From contig CAVOXC010000006.1 in NCBI GenBank assembly GCA_963700315.1, positions 58,546-122,545 of the forward strand: 64,000 nt of DNA. The letters are read 5' to 3'. The translations under genes were made by a program, and so were the position numbers. Positions 10,817-17,380 of the stretch are shown piece after piece. The notes under the pieces were generated by a model that was not told the origin of the DNA, searched no databases, and saw nothing but the letters and a program-made list of their open reading frames with translations. This DNA comes from an uncultured Acidobacteriota bacterium (lineage in GTDB: Bacteria; Acidobacteriota; Thermoanaerobaculia; Multivoradales; JAGPDF01). Each line of letters opens with the position of its first letter. Position 1 is the stretch's first letter.

Positions 10817-11632
10817 TCAGCCGGGGCGCATGACGGGTAGGGCCCCGCCGATCCTGCCGGCGTGGAATCGCAGCTCCCCGCGCGCGAGCGCGGCCTCGAG
10901 CGCGTCGGGCGGCTGGCGGCAGAGGTGGCCACCCGAGTCCAGGACGGCACGCCCTACCTCCTCGGCCGGCAGGTGCTCGACGATCTCGCGCGCAGCGGCG
11001 ATCAGGGCGTGCCAGCGGCGCGACAGGTCCGCGGCGTCCGGCCGCTTCCCCGCGAAGGCCAGCGGCTCGAGCTCGACCGCGCTGTATCTGCCGTTCTTCG
11101 CGGCGTGCTCCACGAGCAGCGAGGGACCGAAGCCGGGGTCCTTGCCGCACGCCGCCCAGGCGAGGTAGCCGAACGGCTGAAGCCGCTCGTGGCAGGAGAC
11201 GACGTCGACCCAGTCGCGCGGCTCCAGGCGCCCGACGAGCGCCAAGACCTTGTTGGTCGCCAAGTCGAACGGATGGAGCACGAGGCCGAGCTCGGAGTGC
11301 TCGACCAATGGGAAGAACCGGTAGCTCGAGTCGCGGCTCCATTCGACGCGCAACCTCTCCCCACCGGTCGAGACCTCCGCCTCGACGAAGCCGCGCCGCT
11401 CGTGCAGCAGCTGCAGCTCGAAGCCGGCCGCTTCGAGGCTTCGCCGATCCGCGGCGAAGGCCGCCGCGACGGCGCTTTCGGTGTCGTGGAAGAGGTCGAC
11501 GTCGCGGGAGACGCGCTCCGCGCCGAGTAGCTCGTTGAGCGCCAGGCCGCCGGCGAGGTAGCTCTCGCCAGCCGCGATGCGCCGCGCGGCTAGGAGGCGG
11601 CAGACGCGACGTTGGATCGCCGTGAGTGCCAT
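10817..11632 (-). CDS. AbiEii/DUF1814-like nucleotidyltransferase (putative toxin)
   Basis: 271 aa. N-terminal YLAGGLALNELLGAERVSRDVDLFHD resembles the GG.AL....R.S.D.D.F motif of AbiEii-type nucleotidyltransferases. Confidence 0.55.
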   Translation of the reverse strand: MALTAIQRRVCRLLAARRIAAGESYLAGGLALNELLGAERVSRDVDLFHDTESAVAAAFAADRRSLEAAGFELQLLHERRGFVEAEVSTGGERLRVEWSRDSSYRFFPLVEHSELGLVLHPFDLATNKVLALVGRLEPRDWVDVVSCHERLQPFGYLAWAACGKDPGFGPSLLVEHAAKNGRYSAVELEPLAFAGKRPDAADLSRRWHALIAAAREIVEHLPAEEVGRAVLDSGGHLCRQPPDALEAALARGELRFHAGRIGGALPVMRPG

Positions 11633-11856
11633 TGCCGGAGCCGCCGCGCGCGCGCGAAGGTGGCGCGATCGCCGCGCCGCTCGATCGCCCGGAGCGTCGC
11701 CTCGATCTCCGGGTCGGTCCGCGGCCGATAGTCGGGCCGCAGATACCAGAGGCAGCTCGACCGCGCCTCGTCGATCAGCTCCCCGAGCTCGCCTTCGAAG
11801 CTCGCGGCGTCGGGCACGGGGTTGCTGTCGGCTCGCGCTTCGGGCCGTGCTTTCAT
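11590..11856 (-). CDS. Small partner protein of the nucleotidyltransferase (putative antitoxin)
   Basis: ATG at 11856 gives 88 aa containing LWYLRPDYRPRTDPEIEATLRAIERRGDRATFARARRL. It overlaps the NTase start by 43 nt. The rest of ORF 11590..12306 is P/R/S-rich and not protein-like. Confidence 0.35.
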   Translation of the reverse strand: MKARPEARADSNPVPDAASFEGELGELIDEARSSCLWYLRPDYRPRTDPEIEATLRAIERRGDRATFARARRLRQWHSRRSNVASAAS

Positions 11857-12304
11857 TGGCTCATTGTACGGGATACCGGTCGAGTGCCTTCCGCGGGACG
11901 CGCTCTCGTCGATCGCGGTCTCGAAGAGGTCGACCCTCGTAGCGAGCGAGGCAGGCCCACGGAGCCCCCCTTGCAAGCCCGTCCGCGGCTCGACGGGCGC
12001 TCTGCCAGCTCGGCTGCGAAGCGCAGACAGACCGTCGCGAAAGCTCTCCACCGAACGGGAAGGGTGGAGCGCGCCGAGGCGCTTCGCTGTAGGCGAGGGG
12101 GCGTTCGGTGACACGGGAGGTGCTGTGAGCGGTGCGGCCATCGCCGACCCCTTCCGTCGCGCTACTGTCGCAATCGTGTCAGGAGTGCGTCCTACGCGGT
12201 CGAGCGACCTTGTGGCCGGTGCCTCCGGGGAGTACCCTGACTCCGCAGCCGGTTCGACATCGAGTCGACCTCTGCGGGTCAGTCCTGAAATCAGGGGGTC
12301 CCCC

Positions 12305-14596
12305 ATGCCACGCGCGCTTCTGGTCTATCCGGAGTTCCCACCCTCGTACTGGGGGTTTCGGTACGCGCTCGAGTTCGTGGGGAAGCGGTCGTCGATGCCG
12401 CCGTTGGGGTTGCTGACGGTCGCCGCGATGTTTCCGTCCTCGTGGGAGCTGCGGTTGGTGGACCTCAACGTCCAGCCTCTGCTCGACGCCGACATCGAGT
12501 GGGCCGATCTGGTGCTCACGTCGACCATGGTCGTGCAGCAGCGCTCGTTGCGCGAGGTGCTCGCGCGGTGTAACGCCTTGTGCAAGCCGGTCGCAGTCGG
12601 TGGGCCGCATCCGACCTCGTTCGCGTCCGAGATCGTCGGGGCGGATTACTTCCTGCTGGATGAGGTCGAGGAGACCTTCCCGCGCTTCCTCGCCGACTTC
12701 GAGGCGGGGCGGGCGGCGCGCGAGTACCGGCCCGAGTCGAAGCCGGCGGTGACCTCGACGCCGGTGCCGCGCTACGACCTGCTCGATCTCTCGGCCTACG
12801 GGTCGATGGCGCTCCAGTTCTCGCGCGGGTGCCCCTTCGACTGCGAGTTCTGCGACATCACCAAGCTGTTCGGGCGGGTGCCGCGGACCAAGAGCAACGA
12901 GCAGATCCTGACCGAGCTCGAAGCGCTCCATGCGCTCGGCTGGCGCGGGTCGCTCTTCCTCGTCGACGACAACTTCATCGGCAACAAGAAGGAGGCGCTG
13001 CGGCTGCTGCCGGCGGTCGCCGAGTGGCAGCGCGAGCGCGGCTACCCCTTCGACCTCTACACCGAGGCGAGCGTCAACCTGGCCAAGCTCGAGCCGCTGC
13101 TGGACGCCATGGTCGCGGCCGGCTTCTCGATGGTCTTTCTCGGCATCGAGAGCCCGAACCCGGAAGCCCTGCGCAAGACCAACAAGCTCCAGAACACCGC
13201 GAAGGACGACCGCGACTTCCTGCTCCATGCGGTCACCGCGATCCAGGAGAAGGGGATCGAGGTCACCGGCGGCTTCATCTTGGGGCTCGACGGCGACGGT
13301 GCCGAGGTGTTCGACGCCCAGGTCGAGTTCATCCAGCGCGCCGGGATCCCGATCGCGATGGTGGGCCTGCTGACCGCGCTCAAGGGGACGAACCTCTACA
13401 CCCGGCTCGAGCGCGAAGGGCGTCTCCTCTCCGAATCGACCGGCAACAACGTCGAGATCGCGCTCAACTTCGTGCCCGAGCTCGACCGCGACCTCTTGAT
13501 CGACGGCTATCGCGGAGTCCTCTCGGCGCTCTACGGACCCGACCTGCGCGCCTACTTCGCGCGCTGCAAGACGCTGCTGGCGCGACTCGGCAAACGACCG
13601 CGCGCCCGGCGGGCGCCTTCGCGCGCCGAGCTCCTGGCCGGGTTCCACTCCCTGCGCCTGCAGCTCTTCTCGCCGCAGGGCCCGGCCTACGCCGCGTTCC
13701 TCGCGCACACGCTGTTGACCCGGCCTTCGCGCATCGGCGAGGCGATCCGCATGGCCGTCAAGGGGTGGCACTTCCAGCGCTTCACCGCGCAGACGCTCGC
13801 CTCGCATGCCTATCGCGAAGCGGCGCTCGAGGAGTACGGCAGGGTCGAGGGGTTGCTCGAGCGCGCCGTGGCGGCGCACGACCGACTACGGCGCACGGTG
13901 GAACGACAAGTGGCGATCACGATCCGGCGGCTGCGGCGGCGCTACCGGCGGCTGCGGCCGGAGTTCCGGCAGGGCTTGCTGCCCGACCGCGCGGGGATCG
14001 AGAGCGCTCTTCGGGAGCTTGTCAGCGAAGTCGCCGGCCATGAGCTCGTTCGCCGTTGGACCCCACGCTTCAGGACCGCATTCTCGACCGAGACCTGGCG
14101 CAACGCGCTGGAAGCGGCGGGCTACCAGCCCGCCGATCGTCCGCTTGCCGGCGGCGCTCCGCCGACGGTGGCGATGGCGCCGATGGTCGAGCACGCGCGC
14201 TTGCGCCGTTCGCTCGAGCAGTTCTTCCGCGACCTCGGCATGCGGGTGGTGACGACGGGCGAGCAGCTCGCCCATCTCGGCCAGGAGGGTCTCGAGCGGA
14301 TCCACGCCCTCGCCGAAGCGCCCGAGCGGGTGAAGAGCTACCTCCTGGCCGTCGCCGAGCGGGTCGACACCCTGGTCGTCCCGGGCGCCGAGGGGTTGGG
14401 CGAGCTCGGCGGCAAGGTGCAGCTCCTCGCCGCCAAAGCAGCCGACCGCGCCGCGGCGCTGCCGCGCCTCGTCTGCGTCCGCCTCGAAGGGAGCCGCCGC
14501 GAAGTGCGCGCCGGCCTGATCGAGCTCGGCGTCGCCCTCACCGGCGACGCCGCCCGCGCCGAAGCCGCCTCGGAGCGGGCGCTGGCGTTGATCTGA
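12305..14596 (+). CDS. B12-binding-domain radical SAM protein with long C-terminal extension
   Basis: Start taken at MPRALLVY, supported by the duplicate at 10221. SRGCPFDCEFCDI (CxxxCxxC), FLVDDNF, FLGIESPNPE. A DUF4070-like region (...IRMAVKGWHFQRF) is followed by about 200 further residues of unknown type. Confidence 0.85.
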   Translation: MPRALLVYPEFPPSYWGFRYALEFVGKRSSMPPLGLLTVAAMFPSSWELRLVDLNVQPLLDADIEWADLVLTSTMVVQQRSLREVLARCNALCKPVAVGGPHPTSFASEIVGADYFLLDEVEETFPRFLADFEAGRAAREYRPESKPAVTSTPVPRYDLLDLSAYGSMALQFSRGCPFDCEFCDITKLFGRVPRTKSNEQILTELEALHALGWRGSLFLVDDNFIGNKKEALRLLPAVAEWQRERGYPFDLYTEASVNLAKLEPLLDAMVAAGFSMVFLGIESPNPEALRKTNKLQNTAKDDRDFLLHAVTAIQEKGIEVTGGFILGLDGDGAEVFDAQVEFIQRAGIPIAMVGLLTALKGTNLYTRLEREGRLLSESTGNNVEIALNFVPELDRDLLIDGYRGVLSALYGPDLRAYFARCKTLLARLGKRPRARRAPSRAELLAGFHSLRLQLFSPQGPAYAAFLAHTLLTRPSRIGEAIRMAVKGWHFQRFTAQTLASHAYREAALEEYGRVEGLLERAVAAHDRLRRTVERQVAITIRRLRRRYRRLRPEFRQGLLPDRAGIESALRELVSEVAGHELVRRWTPRFRTAFSTETWRNALEAAGYQPADRPLAGGAPPTVAMAPMVEHARLRRSLEQFFRDLGMRVVTTGEQLAHLGQEGLERIHALAEAPERVKSYLLAVAERVDTLVVPGAEGLGELGGKVQLLAAKAADRAAALPRLVCVRLEGSRREVRAGLIELGVALTGDAARAEAASERALALI

Positions 14597-14624
14597 TTCC
14601 CTTTTGCTCCTGATTCGCGCGGAG

Positions 14625-14814
14625 GAGGCGCTGCGCGTTCGGCGCTGCGCCGCTTCGATCCGCGCAAGAAGCTTCGGTCATGGGTCGGCAGGACAGGAAG
14701 GGTGGCGTTACGCGTTGGCGACGCGCTGATCCGGTCGTGCGCGGAAGCTCCCTGGAAGGGTTGGGATTCCGAGCGCTGAGGCGCTGCGCGTTCAGCGATG
14801 CGCCGGTTCGACGG
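14625..14814. repeat. Second short repeat family (two copies here, a third near 25110)
   Basis: GAGGCGCTGCGCGTTCGGCGCTGCGCCGCTTCGA at 14625-14657 and GAGGCGCTGCGCGTTCAGCGATGCGCCGGTTCGACGG at 14778-14814. Related GGCGCTGCGCCGTTCGACGGG at 25110-25130. Confidence 0.6.
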
Positions 14815-15079
14815 GTGCAAAGAGGTTCATCGAGGGGTTGCGGGCTCGAGCGAATTGCCGCTGCGCGTCGACCGGCCACGGGCGACGAAGGCTCGTGATC
14901 GTCCGGCCGAGCGTCGTGCGAATCGTCAGGCGCCCGCGGTGACGGCGCTCCCCCAGATCTGCCAGCTTCCTCCACCGTGCGCCGGTGCGCTGACGAGGCC
15001 GTCGCCACCTCCGTCTTCAAGGCCACGGTTTTTTCCGCATCACCCCTCGCGTCCTTCGCCTACCGCAACAGATCCTCCC

Positions 15080-15116
15080 TTGACACGGAACCGGTTGTAA
15101 GTATTTGATACTTACA
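15080..15116 (+). promoter_or_regulatory. Candidate promoter and palindromic operator of the abrB-doc module
   Basis: TTGACA at 15080-15085, TATTTG at 15102-15107. Perfect palindrome TGTAAGTAT-TTG-ATACTTACA at 15096-15116 ends on the A of the ATG start. Confidence 0.5.
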
Positions 15117-15361
15117 TGAAGAGAAAGCTCGTTCAGGCCGGAGGCTCGCTGGCGGTGACACTGCCCGCCGAGGTGGTGCAGGAGCTCGGGCTCGAGAAGG
15201 GGATGACGGTCGACGTGTCGGTCCATCCGCAGACCGGCGCCGTGACAGTCCGCGCGGGCGTGAAGCTGTTCGAAGAGGGTCGAATCACCTCGCGGTTCGA
15301 GCAAATGGCCGAGTCGATCGCCCAGCGATTCGACGAGACGTTTCGCGACTTGGCGAAGTGA
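15116..15361 (+). CDS. AbrB/MazE/SpoVT-type antitoxin
   Basis: MKRKLVQAGGSLAVTLPAEVVQELGLEKGMTVDVSV is the swapped-hairpin AbrB-type motif. Its stop overlaps the Doc start (GTGA). Confidence 0.75.
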   Translation: MKRKLVQAGGSLAVTLPAEVVQELGLEKGMTVDVSVHPQTGAVTVRAGVKLFEEGRITSRFEQMAESIAQRFDETFRDLAK

Positions 15362-15750
15362 TCGAGTACCTTTCGCTCGAGCAGGTGCTGGTGCTCCACG
15401 ACTTTCAGATCCGGCGCTACGGAGGCGCCCGTGGACTGAGGGACCGAGGCGCGCTCGAAGCCTCGGTCGCACGGCCGCGAGCGACGTTCGGAGGCGAGGA
15501 CCTCTACCCCGACCTCGCAGCCAAGGCGGCTGCGCTACTCCACTCTCTCTCAGCGAACCATCCGTTCGTGGACGGCAACAAGAGGGTCGCCGCCCATGCC
15601 GCCCTGCTCTTTTTGGAGGGGAACGGGTTCGAGCTCGAGTCGACTCCGTCCGCGCTCACCGCGCAGGTCTTGGCAGTCGCCCGCGGCGAGGTCGAGGCGG
15701 CGGCGCTGGCGATCTGGCTGCGGCAGCGGCTGCGCGTGCTCGAGCCCTGA
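15358..15750 (+). CDS. doc: Doc (death-on-curing) Fic-family toxin
   Basis: HPFVDGNKRVA Fic/Doc motif; 130 aa; GTG start. Confidence 0.85.
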   Translation: MIEYLSLEQVLVLHDFQIRRYGGARGLRDRGALEASVARPRATFGGEDLYPDLAAKAAALLHSLSANHPFVDGNKRVAAHAALLFLEGNGFELESTPSALTAQVLAVARGEVEAAALAIWLRQRLRVLEP

Positions 15751-16129
15751 GGCTCTCGTCCGACCGGGCCAGGCTGACGCATCGAAAGGAGCTCTCGGTT
15801 CAAGCAATCGCTGAAAGGGCGTTCGCGCCAGCTGGCTGGCCGCCTCGTGCCCCTCGAAAGAGCCGGTGAGCGAACGGTCCGGGCAAGCGTCGCATAGCAT
15901 CCCGACGAGCCACCGGCTCCTTCAATGGTCACTCTTCGCATGGAGAGAGGCAGCAGAACGTGGGTCACGGCGCGCCTGCTGGAAATGCCGAATCGGCGAT
16001 CTCGCGACCCGGTCCGCGGAGCGCCATCCGGAGGGCGACCGCCCCGCCGCGCGCGGCCGCCCTGATACGCTCTTGTCGACCCACCTTCGACGCCACGGCG
16101 CAGTCCAACCCAACCAAGGAGGGAGCGCC

Positions 16130-17380
16130 ATGAATCAGCGGTCCGCGTCGTACTTCTGCAGTCTCTTTCTGGTGCTGTCGTTCCCGGCCACGATGGCCGG
16201 ACAGGAGGACGCCTCGTTCGCCTCCTTCCAGTTCAATCGTTCGCTTCCCGGAGCTCGAAGTCTCGCGATGGGCGGAGCGTTCGTCGCGCTGGCCGACGAC
16301 GCCACCGCCGCCTACTCCAACCCGGCCGGCCTCACCCTGATCGAGCGCCCGGAGATCTCCGTCGAGGGGCGCAACTGGAGCACGGGCTCCGTCTACACCA
16401 ACACCGGAGTCGCACGGCCGGCGGCGCCCTTCGGCGACTTCACGTTCGGTGAGACGAGCGACGACGTCACCGGCCTCTCTTTCGTCTCCTACGTGTTCGC
16501 CCGGCAGGGCTCGCCGTGGGCCCTGGCACTCTACCGCCACGAGGTGGTGAATTACCAGTCGAGCTTCCGCAGTGACGGCGTCATCAAGAATCGTGATGGC
16601 GAGCTATTCGGGCCGTACGAGTTCTTGACCGATCTCGGCATTGAGAACTACGGCGCGTCCGCATCCTGGCGGGTCAGCGACGTTCTTCGGCTCGGCTTGG
16701 GCATCTCCTGGTTCACGTTCGACTTGAACTCCGTCCAGGACATTTTCAGCGACCCGCCCAACGACGACCAGCTCGTGACGACCGCGACGAAGAGGGGTGG
16801 CGACGAAAACTCCGCCCTCAACATTGGCCTGCTCTGGCAGATCGGGACTGACTGGTCGCTCGGCGCCGCCTACCGGCAGGGACCGACCTTCAAATTCCAA
16901 GAGACCTTCCCCGGCGTGTATGACGTGGCAAGCAGGCTCGCGGTGCCCGATCAGGCGGCCGTCGGGCTCGCCTTCCAGCCCAACGACCGACTGACGCTGC
17001 TACTTGAGTGGGACTGGGTGGAGTACTCGGCGCTGCTCGAGGGGAACCGGCTGGGGCAGCCGCCGGAGGGGAGATTCCTGCTCGATGACGCCAACGAGCT
17101 GCGGCTGGGAGCCGAGTATCTCTTCCTGTTGTCGAAAGGAAACTCGATCGCGCTGATGGCCGGCGCCTGGCACGACCCCAACCACGCGATCGTCTTCGAA
17201 GGCGAATGCGACGCCTCCTCCACCTGCTTCCGCAAGGCTTACTTCCAGGACGCCGGCTCCGACGAGATGCACTACTCGGGAGGCGTCGGGGTGAAGCTCG
17301 ACCGCGTCGAGATCGACCTCGGCGCCGACCTATCGGACCGTATCGACACGATCTCGCTGTCGACGGTCGTGAGATTCTGA
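16130..17380 (+). CDS. Outer-membrane beta-barrel protein (FadL/OMPP1-like)
   Basis: AAGGAGGGA precedes the ATG at 16130. Signal peptide MNQRSASYFCSLFLVLSFPATMAGQ; GARSLAMGGAFVALADDATAAYSNPAGL; terminal ...LSTVVRF (C-terminal Phe). Confidence 0.6.
   Translation: MNQRSASYFCSLFLVLSFPATMAGQEDASFASFQFNRSLPGARSLAMGGAFVALADDATAAYSNPAGLTLIERPEISVEGRNWSTGSVYTNTGVARPAAPFGDFTFGETSDDVTGLSFVSYVFARQGSPWALALYRHEVVNYQSSFRSDGVIKNRDGELFGPYEFLTDLGIENYGASASWRVSDVLRLGLGISWFTFDLNSVQDIFSDPPNDDQLVTTATKRGGDENSALNIGLLWQIGTDWSLGAAYRQGPTFKFQETFPGVYDVASRLAVPDQAAVGLAFQPNDRLTLLLEWDWVEYSALLEGNRLGQPPEGRFLLDDANELRLGAEYLFLLSKGNSIALMAGAWHDPNHAIVFEGECDASSTCFRKAYFQDAGSDEMHYSGGVGVKLDRVEIDLGADLSDRIDTISLSTVVRF

Noticed and set aside
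11822-12304. N-terminal 161 codons of the 924-aa ORF 11822..14596.
   Set aside because: Not protein-like. The independent duplicate at 10221 begins homology exactly at MPRALLVY, and the sequences upstream of the two copies are unrelated.
15751-16129. Search for a sigma-54 (-24/-12) promoter that could link the FHA-EBP to the OMP/caspase operon.
   Set aside because: There is no TGGCAC-N5-TTGC-like element here. The nearest resemblance, CTGGAAATGCC, lacks the conserved GG/GC spacing.
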